64,000 bases of DNA. Origin: Octopus vulgaris (Eukaryota). Both the position numbers and the translations under genes were made by a program. Shown here in pieces: positions 25,991 through 38,702 of this stretch. The DNA lies in the NCBI GenBank assembly GCA_951406725.2, contig OX597815.1:162998001-163062000 (forward strand), given 5' to 3'. The first letter of the stretch is position 1; every line of letters starts with the position of its first letter. The notes below the pieces were generated by a model. The model was given only the letters and a program-made list of their open reading frames with translations. It did not search any database and was not told the DNA's origin.

Positions 25991-26222
25991 GTGTGTGTGT
26001 GTATATGTTTGTGTGTCTGTGTTTGTCCCCCCCCCAACATTGCTTGACAACCGATGCTGGTGTGTTTATGTCCCTGTAACTTAGCAGTTCGGCAAAAGAG
26101 ACCAATAGAATAAGTACTCGGTCTAGAAAGAATAAGTCCTGGGGCCGATGTGCTCGGCTAAAGGCGGTGCTCCAGCATGGCCAAAGTCAAATGACTGAAA
26201 CAAGTAAAAGAGTAAAAGAGCA
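25760..26222 (+). mobile_element. SINE family A, full length
   Basis: Head, internal microsatellite and (gtaaaaga)n tail all present. Confidence 0.85.
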
Positions 26223-27020
26223 AAGTGAGTATGAGCATGTCTAGATATGCAATTATATGCATGAGAATACATACATAAAGCAAAACATACAAATTTATAC
26301 ATATACATACATGGCTGCCCCCTCGTTATCGAGTATGGCCATTGCACGAAGCTTAACTGTTACTGGTGCTGTGATCGAATGTGACTTTTTAGCCCAGCTA
26401 AAGATCTACCATGTCTTGTACAAAATTGGCAACTAAGACTTTTACTGGTAATAGCGTGATGTAGTTGTAACTGGGCTTCGTGTACCTTTGCATGTCGTTT
26501 AAGTCCTCCATACATACATACATACATACATATATTCGTACTCGTTTAGTGTCTCGCCAATCAGGTCAATGTGCCTGTGGCTCGACACCATCACGGTGAC
26601 GTATAATAATAATAATAATAATAATCCTTTCTACTATAGGCACAAGGCTTTGAAATTCTGGGGGAGGAGACAAGTCGATTTCATTGACTCCAGTATTTCA
26701 CTGGTACTTAATTTATCAATCCCAAAAGGCAATTGCAGGCCCCAAAAAAAGCATTAAATAGCTGAAGGATTAAAATTAATCAGAGGACATACTAAGTAAG
26801 TCTACCTGCTGGAAATAACAGTCGAAACTCTTATTTAAGTCACCAAAATACACTGATAATAACTACAGATATCAACAGTCTGAAGGCAAATGGGCCAAGA
26901 CAATCTCTCACACACACACACACATATATATATAAATTTGGATTCAGATGAATATGGTACTTAAGTTGAGACACCAGAATTTAGTATGGTATTATCTATA
27001 CAATTTAAAATATGGTGATT

Positions 27021-27268
27021 ATAATCAAAATAAGCAACAAGAATATCCAGAGGTAATGTAGTACGATCGTTTCATGCGACTCCATTTAATTGAACAATGC
27101 AAATATTACATCAATCTAAAATTTAATTAAATTCTATGTTTTTTGTGCTGGTGAAGATTGCTCTACATTTTAGATTGATATAAGGTTTGCATTGTTCAAT
27201 TAAATGGAGTCACATGAAACGATTGTACTGCATTGCCTCTGGATATCCTTGTTGCTTATTTTGATTAT
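27021..27268. repeat. Fold-back inverted repeat with ~100-bp arms
   Basis: ataatcaaaataagcaacaag...attgaacaatgcaaa versus tttgcattgttcaat...cttgttgcttattttgattat. Confidence 0.85.
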
Positions 27269-27269
27269 A

Positions 27270-27313
<44 letters not shown>

Positions 27314-27904
27314 TACACACACACACACAACAGGTTTCTTTCAGTTTCCATCTACCAAATCCACTCATAAGGCTTTGGTTGGCCTAAGACTATAGTAGAA
27401 AGCACTTGCTGAAATTGCCATGCAATAGGATTGAACCCAGATCCATGTGGTTGGGAAGCAAATCTCTTACCACATAGCCATGCCTGTGTGTAATTATGCA
27501 CATACACATTCCTATGCAATTGCATATACATCAGTAGGATAACATTTAAAAGTTAGACATTTCCAAGAACACTGCAGAATGGCTAGCCTTATTGGTATTC
27601 TACTCCTTCAAGATGTAGAAAGGCTGGGGTGTTTGATGCATGTGGCAGAAGTGCAAAAGACAGCTTATGGAGAGCAGGAGATCTCTTCAGAGAGGTCAGA
27701 GAGTAAAATATTAAATAGGTTTCTTTTGGAAGTGTGAGATGGAATGTATGTAAGATAGATGCTGAACACTTGTGTGAATGGACGATGCTGGCTGTGTATT
27801 AGATTGGGTTTGCTGTTTCCAAATAAAAAGGAAAAAAAAATATGTAATTCGTGTGAATGTTGAGAAATGTAAATTCGCTTGAAAGTTCTGTTTGAGATAA
27901 TGGC

Positions 27905-28375
27905 TGACAGCAGTGGCAGCAACAGCCACAGCAGCAGCACTAGTAGTACTGGTAGTAGGAGGGTCAGTAGTAGTAGTAGTGGTGGTGGTGGTGGTAGTGG
28001 TCTTCTTGATGGTGTTGGTGTTGGTGGTGGTGCTGCTGGTAAAAGTTGTAGTAGTGGTAGTAATAGTAGTAGAAGTAGTAGTAGTAGTAGTACTGGTGGT
28101 AGCGATGGTTTTTGTGATGGTGTTGGTGATTGCGGTTGTGGTGCTGGTGGTGGTAAAAGTAATAGTGGTGGTGGTGGTGGTACTGGTCTTGTTGATGGTG
28201 TTGGTATCGGTGGTGGTCTTTGTGATGGTGGTGCTGGTAAAAGTTGTAGTAGCGGTAGTAATATTAGCAGAAGTAGTAGTAGTAATAGTAGTAGTAGTAG
28301 TAGCAGCAGCAACAGCAGTAGTAGTAGCAGCAGCAGCAGCAGCAGTTGTAGTAGTAGTAGTAGTAGTAGTAGTAA
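27905..28375. repeat. Compound (GGT)/(AGT)/(AGC) low-complexity tract with internal duplication
   Basis: Trinucleotide repeats; the block ggtgctggtaaaagttgtagtag-like recurs. Confidence 0.9.
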
Positions 28376-29003
28376 AAAAAGAACGGACAGGGGTAAGTTA
28401 AACAGCTAAGTAGTCTGGTTTAACTTAAAAAGAAGCTGGGCTTTGTGAAAGGATAAGAGTTAGATCAATGAAGAATATTCTACACTGCTTTGAAAGATGT
28501 CTTGATCGTATGATAAAATGGATATGAAAAATTTGATGATGGTAATTATTTATAATGACAACGATGATGAAAAAGAGGCAGCAAAGGATATAGGTACACA
28601 CATACGCACACATCATCATCATGATTCTCATCATCATTATCATCATCATTTAATGTCCACTTTTCCATGCTTTCATGGGTCAGATGTAATTATTTGAGGC
28701 AGGTTTACTATGGCCGGGTGCTCTTCTTGTTGTTGATCCTCACCTGTTTCCCAGACAAGATAATGTGTTACCTTAGCCGGGAAATGTTTTTTTTCAAGAA
28801 GATATAAACTGAACAACCTTACATGGATGATGATTATGATGATGATGCACTTTAACAAACATCACATGATGTGTAGACCAGAGTACACACAAACACAAAT
28901 GCACAGGCTCAGACACACACATACACAAATACATACATACATATATACACACATGTATACATGCATATACACATACATTCATACACACACACACACACAC
29001 ATA

Positions 29004-30115
29004 CGGGAGTTGGACAAAATAATGGAAACATCTTAAAATTTCAAACAAATTTATCTTAATATGGGGTAGGACTGCCTTTGGCAGTACTTAAAACTTGAAT
29101 TCTATGAGGTATGATCATAGTAAGTTTGAATTGTTTCCAAAGGAATTTTTGTCCATTCTTCAGCTAAAACAGTCTCCAGTTCTTGTAGTGATGATGGTGG
29201 AGGATATCGACTCCTTACTTGTTTTCCTAAAATGCATCATAAATGTTCAATAATATTGAGATCTGGGGAGTGTGGTAGCCAGACAAGATGTTCAACTTCA
29301 CTAGAATGTTCCCCATGCCATTCAGTAACAACTTTAGCTGTGTGAATTGGTGCATTATCATCCTGAAAGATTGTGTTTCTCTCCAGAAACAGTTCCACAA
29401 CCATAGGATGAATTTGATCAGATAAAATGCTTAAATAGTCTTGACTATTAATTTTGCCATTAAGGGAAACCATTGGGCTGGCAGATTTCCAAGATATAGT
29501 GCCCCCCAGATCATCACAGATCTTCCTCCATGTGTAACAGTTGGGAGAAGACAGTCTGGGTCAAATACTTCTTTTGGCTGTCTTCACATGTATACTCGGC
29601 TGGTGGTCAGAAATAAGGTAAAGGATGACTTGTCCAAGAAAATAACATTCTTCCACTACTCTAGGGATCAATTCTGTAGGTTTTTACTCCACTCTAAATG
29701 CTTTGCAACGTTTGTTTTTGAAAGTAGTGCTTTTCTGATTGCAGCCCTCCTGTGAAATCCAGCTTTGTGCAGCTCCTGGTGAACAGTTTTGTGGAAACTG
29801 GGTTCTCGAGATGGTCATTAAGCTCTGCAGTAATTTTGGGAGCTGTATTTTGTGAACTTTTCTAACAATTTGCATAAGAGTCCAACAGTTCCTATCTGAA
29901 AGTTTTGGTTTTCTTCCGGAGTTTTGTTTCGACAAGGAGGTTTTTCCCTCTTTCTCAAAGGCTGTCATTACTTTTGAGACAGTACTTGATACACTAAACA
30001 TTTCGGTTGTTTTTGTTACACTAGTGCCTGCCATACAAGCACCAACAGTTTGACCTCTTTGAAAGTCCTATAGATCTGTCATTTTAATGAATTTTAATTA
30101 CCTTTTTCTGATGAT
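29004..30115 (-). mobile_element. Degenerate Tc1-like transposon; transposase pseudogene at about 29056-30082, only one TIR retained
   Basis: MTDL*DFQRGQTVGACMAGTSVTK...GRKPKLSDR...PTVTHGGRSVMIWG...FQDDNAPIH...SPDLNIIEHL*...AKGSPTPY*, with stops and frameshifts; TA|CGGGAGTTGGACAAAATAATGGAAACA TIR at 29004. Confidence 0.9.
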
Positions 30116-30162
30116 AACACACACACACACAGTCTCACATATACGTATATATATATATTAAT

Positions 30163-30562
30163 TTTTATCTTTTACTTGTTTCAGCCATTTGACTATGGCC
30201 ATGCTGGGGTACTGCCTCAAAGTATTTTTAGTAGAATGAATCAATCCCAGTACTTATTTTTTTTTAAAGCCTGGTACTTATTCTATCAGTCTCTTTTGCT
30301 GAACTGCTATGTTATGGAGACATAAACACAACAACAACAAGTTGGTAAGCAGTGATAGGGGCACATCCTCAGATACAAAGACACATACATGCCCCCCCCA
30401 CACACACACACACACATGCATGATGAGCTTCCTTCAGTTTCTGTCTACCAAATCCACCCACAAGGCTTTGGATGACCTGAAGCTGTAGTTCAAAACACTT
30501 ACCCAAGGTGCCACATGGTAGGACTGAACCCGAAACCATGTGATTGGGAAGCAAACTTCTTT
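30163..30562 (-). mobile_element. SINE family A
   Basis: Reverse-complement match to the family A pattern. Confidence 0.8.
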
Positions 30563-31419
30563 ATTTCATCAAATTAGCCATAAAGGCTTTAAATAGATGG
30601 AAGCAAATGTGGGCTGGACAACAACAACAAATGAAATGAATGATGAGTAAAATAACGATATTGATGAGGGAAGCAGACGACGCCTGCCGATCGCTGCTTC
30701 CCGAAAACATTGTTCTTTTTTTCTCTTTAATAAAAACAATTTGAGATTAGAAACCTCCTACTATAGTTCAATGGGATACAGAGTTTATCATACACACATG
30801 GTCAAGTGGGCAGGCTTCATGGTGTTGGTAGTTACAGCTGAGAGTGGGCTCTTGGTGATTTTTATGATTTATAATGTCCTTCATATTATTAGATCTAACA
30901 ATTCCAACATACTGCTTAATTTCAGATCTGAAGTTTTTAGCAGGTGTAAACAGATGAATAAGTATCTTTTCTTAAATTGAAGAATACTACATGCTCTGGA
31001 TTGAGGCACTGTCTCACAGATTTTGACATATTTTCTATTATTTTATTTCATATCAAATGTATTAATTGAGGACAGGGATATTTTGTTTTTTGCCTTTCAT
31101 TCCATTTCTTGCATCAACCTTCTTAACATTGTTCAATGTTTTCAAATAAGAAAAAATTTTCAAATTTTTTCTTATTTTCTCACTGTCCAGCATCCTTGTT
31201 TTTAAAATAATGCATAAATAAACACTGAAAAATTTCTTGGAGATACATGGCATTTTTTAATAAATATGTCTAGTTTAAGTCTCATAAAAGCATGAAACTA
31301 TTAGTAGCCCTTTTTGTTGCATATTAAATTGATATAAATATATATATAAAAAATTAACTGTGTAAAAGTCAATCTGAAGAGTACTCCATTCAATGAGAGT
31401 TCAGTATTACTAAGCATTT

Positions 31420-31799
31420 CAACTACATGTACCTATCATGCGACTAACAGTTTCCTATACATGCTTACATTCATCAGGTGCCAGTTGCACTATACTCCTA
31501 AAACTTTACTTTAAATAGAGGAACGAATTTAATACCAGCACAAAGATAAAACATGTCTAATGGAAGATACCACCTTGAAGGCTAAAATAAAATAAAATAA
31601 GACAAAATAAAGTAAAATATTTATATTTTATTTTATTTTACCCATCAAGGTGGTATCTTCCATTAGACCTGTTTTATCTTTGTGCTGGTTCTAAACAGGT
31701 CCTCTATTTAAACTAAAGTTTTGGGAGTATAGTGCGATTGGTGACTGATGAACGTATGCATGTACGGGAAACTATTGGTAGCATGATAGGTATGTTGGA
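31420..31799. repeat. Fold-back palindrome with ~180-bp arms, each carrying a hammerhead-like core
   Basis: ccagcacaaagataaaac..gtctaatggaagataccaccttga versus tcaaggtggtatcttccattagac..gttttatctttgtgctgg; CTGATGA...GAAAC in both arms. Confidence 0.85.
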
Positions 31800-31802
31800 T
31801 CG

Positions 31803-32016
31803 TTAGCCCCTACACGCAATTTTTTTCTCTCCTTGTTTCTTTTCTGTGTATCTTTCTGTCGAAGAGCGTAGGCTCGAAACATAAAAGACTTGTTTTATTT
31901 CTATTCCTGAGCGCCATACTAATACATTGTTTGTTTGTACTCCACCTGCCTTCCTCTCTTGTTTATTTTCGTAAACCTGCCTTCGTCTTTTGTTTATTTT
32001 CGTAAACCTTCCCGTT
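31803..32016 (+). mobile_element. Penelope-like-type terminal fragment with a minimal hammerhead-like motif at 31851-31888
   Basis: tcttt-CTGTCGA-a-gagc-gtag-gctc-GAAAC-ata-aaaga; internal duplication cctgccttc...tgtttattttcgtaaac. Confidence 0.5.
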
Positions 32017-32835
32017 ATATATATATATATGTATATGTGTGTAGTTGATATATATATATATAGTAATGTAACAGTAGTAAAATATATCAATAATACATTT
32101 TTCATAGTGCAAACATCTTGTATACAACTCAGTGCACCAGGGTGAGTGAATAAACTCAGGGTAGACTGTTGACTTCATAAGATAAATATATGTATGTATG
32201 CATGTAGGTATGTATGTAAAAGAAAAAAGAGGTAAAGACCCCTTTGGTCATGAATGATCATGGGATTACACCTAGAAAGTTCCCCTCCTATGCACATGTC
32301 TGGACAAGGTTGTTTCTGGAAGACCAACAGTCGCCCAGGCATACCAGTCTCCTCTCTTCCTGTCACCGATGTTATCCAAGGGAAAGTCAAAGGCCAATAC
32401 AGCAAAACACCAATGATGTTGCAACTCATTTCTACTGCTGAGTGAACTGGAGCAACCTGAAATAAAATGTCTTGCTCAAGAACACAACACTGCCTGGTCC
32501 AGGAATCAGTCTCCACTACCTCATGACACTCTAACCACTGAGCCATGTGCTTTCACCTTACCTTACCTTTATGTATGTATGTATGTATGTATGTATGTAT
32601 GTATGTATGTACCTGTATATGCATGTATGTATATTACAATTCTGGTAGATGTGTCTCCAACTGGGAGGAACCTTGTTGATACCATCTAACATCTATCATC
32701 ATTTAGCTGTTGTGTCAAAGAATTATTTTACTTGTCCTGCTTGTTAGCAAGGGTGCATTTTTTTAGCACCTAAGCAATATATGCATTCAGAAAACAAAGT
32801 GGAAGTTTGGATTAAATATGATCAGGAGTGGCGTA

Positions 32836-33243
32836 GGCATAGGAGTGGCTGTGTGGTAAGTAGCTTGCTTATGAACCACATGGTTCCGGGTTCAGTCCCA
32901 CTGTGTGGCACCTTGGGCAAGTGCCTTCTACTATAGCCTTGGGTCGACCAAAGCCTTGTGAGTGGATTTGGTAGACGGAAACTGAAAGAAGCCCGTTGTA
33001 CATATGTATACATATATATGTGTGTGTGTGTGTGTGTTTGTTTGTCTGAGTTTGTCCCCCCAACATTGCTTGACAACCTATGCTGGTGTGTTTACGTCCC
33101 TGTAACTTAGTGGTTTGGCAAAAGATATCAATAGAATAAGTACTAGGCTTACAATGAATAAAGCCTGGGGTCGATTTGCTTGACTAAAGGCGGTGCTCCA
33201 GCATGGTCACAGTCAAATGACTGAAACAAGTTAAAGAGTAAAG
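32836..33243 (+). mobile_element. SINE family A, full length and well preserved
   Basis: ggcataggagtggctgtgtggtaag (A box) ... ggttcagtccc (B box) ... tail. Confidence 0.9.
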
Positions 33244-33663
33244 GAATTTCATTCATTCCCTTAATAATTTTGCCAATCCACTGCTATAACCTGATTCTTT
33301 ATTTATTGACCCAAAAATGTTTGAAGGAGAAAGTGGACCATAGCAGGATTTGAACTTTAAATGCAGAAAGCCTGTATAAATACCACAAGTCATCCTACCT
33401 GACACTCTTATGAGTTTGCCTATTAACTGTCTATATATGTATGCACATACTTATGTATGTATATATGTGTGTGTGTTTGTGTGTGTATGCATATGCAAGT
33501 GTGTCTGCATATGCATGTATGTGTTTGTGCATGTACATGTGTGTCTGCATACATTTGAGTGTGTTTTCGTGCACCCACATATGTGCATGTTTGCTGAAAT
33601 TTGTGACAACAAAATCCTATTTTTGTATTAAAAAAAACTATTTTCTGTTCATTTGATTCACAG

Positions 33664-33794
33664 AAAATCAATCATTTCCCAGGAATGAACGAAATTTGCC
33701 GCAAAGATCTTCTGGCACGCAATATGACTCGCATGCGTAAGATGTTCCCCAAAGACTATGATATATTTCCTAAAACTTGGTGCCTTCCAGCAGA
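33664..33794 (+). CDS. TTLL6: Internal exon of TTLL6/13-like gene: KINHFPGMNEICRKDLLARNMTRMRKMFPKDYDIFPKTWCLPA(D)
   Basis: Acceptor gattcacag|, donor |gtaagt; 131 nt, phase 0 to phase 2. Contains the TTL-domain hallmarks KINHFPG, RKDLL and FPxTW. Absent from the ORF track. Confidence 0.96.
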
Positions 33795-34885
33795 GTAAGT
33801 TGGAACTGGAATTTTATTGTTTACTGCTTTTGAAGAAAGAAATTGCCCATTATTCTTTGATTGGTGACACACCTTAGCAATACTTATACACATACATACA
33901 TACACACATACACATACTCAAAGAAGCACACTTAGTTACATGCATATATAGAAACATTTAGAAATATACATAATTTTGCTTGGTACATAGATGTACATAC
34001 ACATAGGGAAATTCATATATATATATATATATACAAGAATATACACATGTGCACACATTAAACCCATGCAAATTAGCTTAAAAATTCACACAAGCCAGGT
34101 GTACAAACACCCATATACATATACACTGACACATAAACGTATACATAGTCGCACAATATGCATGTAAAAAGAAAATTTATGGATGAATGCATTGAGAGTG
34201 AATATGTTAGAAACTCTGCTGAAGACTATTGTATGTGTGGCTGTGCATATGTTTGTATTATATATATGTATGTATGTGTGTCTTCGTTATTGTGTTTGTT
34301 GCCTCCTCCGCTGCTTGGTGACCAGTATTGGTTTGTTTATGTCCCTGTAACTTAGTGGTTCAGCAAAAGAGACTGATTTAATATGTTACCCCATGCAGTT
34401 CATGAAATTGCATGGCTGCAACCCAATGACAGAAACAGATGAGCAAAAGAAGTGGCAGTGCTCATCACCTTTGGAGGTTTTCCAAAAGCAGTGGAGATCA
34501 ATATAGAAGACGTTCAGCTTGAAGATCTATAAGTCAAAGTCAGCAGAAAATATCATGGAGGGCGGGAGGTGGGGGTGAAAGGGAATTCCGGACGATATAC
34601 ATTTTGAGGAGGAAAGAAGTAGCAAAGAAGTTGATGTGGTCCCTGAGTGGTAATGAGAGATAGTGTGAGTGATGATAAGACAAGAAAAGAGTAGAGAAGG
34701 GTTGGTTAGAATGGTAGAATGGTGCTGAGGCTGTTTATTATACAAGGTGGTGCAAAAGTCATTTTGTATTTCAAATTTGGTTGCTCCCAGTTTTTATCCT
34801 TTTGCTAATGTAAACAACCCCCTAATAGGGATGTAAACAAAGCAACACCAATTATTGAGTGGTAATGGGGAAACAAGCACAAGTA

Positions 34886-34928
<43 letters not shown>

Positions 34929-35426
34929 TGGTGTGAAGGCATATGGCTCAGTGGTTAGAGTGTTGGGTTCACAATCATGAGGTAGTGAGTTCGATTCCCA
35001 GATTGGGCTGTTGTGTTTGCAAACAAAACACTCAGCTGTAAAGATGAGTTGTGATGTCACTGGTGCCAAGTTGTATTGGTCTTTGCCTCTCCCTTGGATA
35101 ACATTGGTGATATGAAGAGGGGAGGTTGGTATGCATGGGTGAATGCTGGCCTTCCATAAACAACCTTGCCTGGCCTTGTACCTCAGAGGGGAACTTTCTA
35201 GGTCAATCCCATGGTCATTCATGACTGAAGGGGGTCTTTACCCCTTTTTTCTTTTATACAATGGGTTCTCACAGTTTCACTCTACCCAATTCACTCACAA
35301 GCATTGTTCAACCTGGGGCTGTAGTTGAAGACACTTGCACAAGGTGCCATGCAGTGGGACTGATCTAATTGTTTGTAATTACCGACACAAGGCCAACAAT
35401 TTTGAAATGAAAGGATTAGTCAATAC

Positions 35427-35658
35427 CTATTTCTTTATTGCCCACAAGGGGCTAAACACAGAGGGGACAAGGAAGAACAGACAAACGAATTAAGTCGATT
35501 ATATCGACCCCAGTGCGTAACTGGTACTTATTTAATCGACCCCAAAAGGATGAAGGGCAAAGTCAACCTCGGCAGAATTTGAACTCAGAACGTAACGGCA
35601 GACGAAATACGGCTACGCATTTCGCCCGGTGTGCTAACGTTTCTGCCAGCCTGCCGCC
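35427..35658 (-). mobile_element. SINE family B, well preserved
   Basis: Close reverse complement of 17518-17750. Confidence 0.85.
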
Positions 35659-36409
35659 TATATAGGGTTAGTCATTACTACTGATCCTAGTCCTTGAGCA
35701 GTGCTTCGTCCCTTCAGGGTCAATAAAATTAAACACTGCTCAAGTACTATGGTCAGTATTATTGACTAATCCCTTCACTTGAAAATTGCTGGCTGTGTGT
35801 CAGTAATTACAAACAATTATTATAATTGGATTAGCAGCTTTGATAAAAACTTTTGCCAGCCTAAAAATTAGAGAGGCAAAACATCTGTCATGATTACATG
35901 TAGGTTCATGCCTCATTGGCAGTCTTTGTCTTTTTCCATCCAAGGCTTTGGTAAGAGCTTTGCTGTCCAAATACATGGTTCTGGGTTCAGTATCACTGCA
36001 GGACCACTTAAGCAAAGTCTTGTACCACATCCCTGGGCAACTAAGCTTTGTAATTGGAATTAGTAGACAGAAACTGACAGAAGCCTATTGTGTGTGTGTG
36101 TGTATGTGTATAAATGTGAGTGTGTATATATGTATATATATAATTTTAAAATAGGATAAATTCTTTATAAGAATTCTTTATAAGTATTTATCAAGTAGTT
36201 AGCGTGAAAAACCTCATAAGAGAAAAATTCACAAATTTTTCTCTTAAATATATTTATTTATATTATATAGAGAGCATTACTATACATAAATGCCACATGC
36301 TAGGAGGGACTCTATTCAAGTAAATAGACAAACAAATATAGTAGTACACAATACATGGGTTAGGAATTATTTATATATGTATGTTCTTTTCTGTTTTTAA
36401 TTATACTCT

Positions 36410-36660
36410 CTCTTTACTCTTTTACTTGTTTCAATCATTTGACTGTGGCCATGCTGGAGCACCACTTTTAATCGAGCAAATCGACCCCAGAACTTTGTAA
36501 GCCTAGTACTTATTCTATCGGTCTCTTTTACCGAACCACTAAGTTATAGGGACGTAAACACACCAGCATCGGTTGTCAACCGATGTTGGGGTGACACAGA
36601 CACACAAATGTATACACACACACACACTCACGCACACACCACACACACATACACATACAC

Positions 36661-36695
<35 letters not shown>

Positions 36696-36860
36696 CAACG
36701 GGCTTCTTTCAGTTTCCATCTACCAAATCCACTCACAAAGCTTTGGTTGGCCCGAGGCTATAGTAGAAGACACTTGCCCAAGGTGCCATGCAGTGGGACT
36801 GAACTTGGAGCCATGTAGTTCGTAAGCAAGCAACTTACCACACAGCCACTCCTATGCCTA
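36410..36860 (-). mobile_element. SINE family A, full length
   Basis: Reverse complement of the 32836-33243-type copy. Confidence 0.9.
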
Positions 36861-37349
36861 GAGCAGTGCTTAATTTTATTGACCCTGAAGGGATGAAGCA
36901 CTGCTGAAAGACTAGGGTCAGTGGTATTGACTAATCCTTTCAGTTCAAAATTGCTGGCCTTGTGTCGGTAATTAGAAACAGGAGCTATTTTCTAACAAAG
37001 ATACAAAGCTGCATCGTTGGAATGTAGATAGCGAGAACACTGTCACATTTTAAACCTCAGAAAAGTCTTGTATGTATGTATGTATGTGGCCATGTAAGCG
37101 AATGTGTGTGTATGTGTTTCCTTGTCTTGATATCTTGTAATAGTTGTAAAATTATTGTCACTGTCATGTAAGCAGTGTTGTTCATTTCTAATATTCTATG
37201 AAAACATGTCTGGCCATGGAGAAACACTACTTTATTTAGAAACAGGTGGGGGTTTAAGCATCAGGAAGGTTGGTCATCTGGTTGCAGAACACCTGCCTCG
37301 GTAAACTTTATCCGACCCGTGTGCAAGCATAGAAAAGTGGACGTTAAAA

Positions 37350-37464
37350 ACGATGATGATGGGGATGCTGATGATGATGATACTGATGATGATGCTGATG
37401 CTGATGATGATAATTATTAACATCGATGATGTCAATGACAAACATGGTGACTCTGATGGTGACA

Positions 37465-37495
<31 letters not shown>

Positions 37496-37660
37496 CTACG
37501 ACGACGACGACGACGACGACGATGATGATGATGATAATTATTAACATCGATGATGTCAATGACAAACATGGTGACTCTGATGATGACAACGATGATGATG
37601 ATGATGATGACGACGCCGATGACGCCGACAACGCCGATGCCGCCGCCGCCGCCGACGATT
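37350..37660. repeat. (GAT)/(GAC)/(GCC) tract containing a ~55-bp direct duplication
   Basis: gataattattaacatcgatgatgtcaatgacaaacatggtgactctgatg occurs twice. Confidence 0.9.
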
Positions 37661-38409
37661 GTTAGATGCAATTTAAGAAAGATAATAATTCACCATATCA
37701 ACATGTTGCGCTAATATATTTTAGGAAAATTTCAAATGTTTAAATTGTAACAGACTAAATCTCTTTGCTGAATGTCTACTGGTGATTCCAAAAATCCAAG
37801 AAATGGAAATGTTAACAGCTGGAAAATATTGATAAAGTATATGATAATAAATAATTAAAACTCGTTAAGAAAAATAGAGTAGAATAGGAAAGGACTAAAT
37901 GACCAGAGCAGATGGAAGAATTCTTAAATTGTTTATGAAATAGCGCTAACAATCTGTATGCCATCTGCCCAGCTCATTTTTAGTGAGACGAGAAATGATA
38001 AGAAATTTATTTACTTTTACTTCAGGAAGTGTATGTACAGAGTTGGCATGATATCAGGAAACAAAAGAAAAGACAAAAAATACCCCCCACCCCACCGAAA
38101 TCTTTAAATGATGTGCAAATAATATTCTTCAATATACTGTAGGAAACTTTGTTGGCTTCCGCTAACTGAAAGATTTAAGGTCACACAAGATGGAGGAGAT
38201 AATGCAAGAGGCATGGGAGAAATAGGAAGAATCACAATAGAATCAATTTCTATAGGTATATTGCCTGATAAGAATCACCGTTTAACAATCTGAGCTCTGT
38301 GATGTCAATGTTATCAGCACTTTGGAGCCGCTGATTGCTTTTGAAAGTGCTGCATTGTTTGGGGGCATCACCCAAAAACAAAAATTTAAATGCAGGAAAT
38401 CCTTTTACA

Positions 38410-38702
38410 CCATTACTGCCACCACTGCAACCACCACCACAATCCCCACAACCCTTCCACCCAACCCCCCATCACTGCAGCCACGACCATCACCACCACC
38501 ACCACCACCACCATCATCATTGTCATTCCCACCACTACCACCATCACCACCACCAATACAACCACCACTAACAATACCCCCACCACCACCAATACCATCA
38601 CCTCCAACACCACCATCGTTGTTGTTGTTACCATTGTTATTACTACCACTACCACCAGCACTAATACCACCATCACCGATACCACCACCACCATCACCAT
38701 CT
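38410..38702. repeat. (ACC)n-rich low-complexity tract
   Basis: Degenerate trinucleotide repeat. Confidence 0.9.

Noticed and set aside
27665-28409. Long ORFs (215, 176 and 162 aa) rich in Gly/Ser/Pro/Val
   Set aside because: Open in several frames on both strands only because of GGT/AGT/AGC repeats; no splice context or domain.
32836-32905. tRNA-like sequence with A and B boxes
   Set aside because: It is the head of a dispersed SINE and continues into the SINE body; no complete cloverleaf seen.
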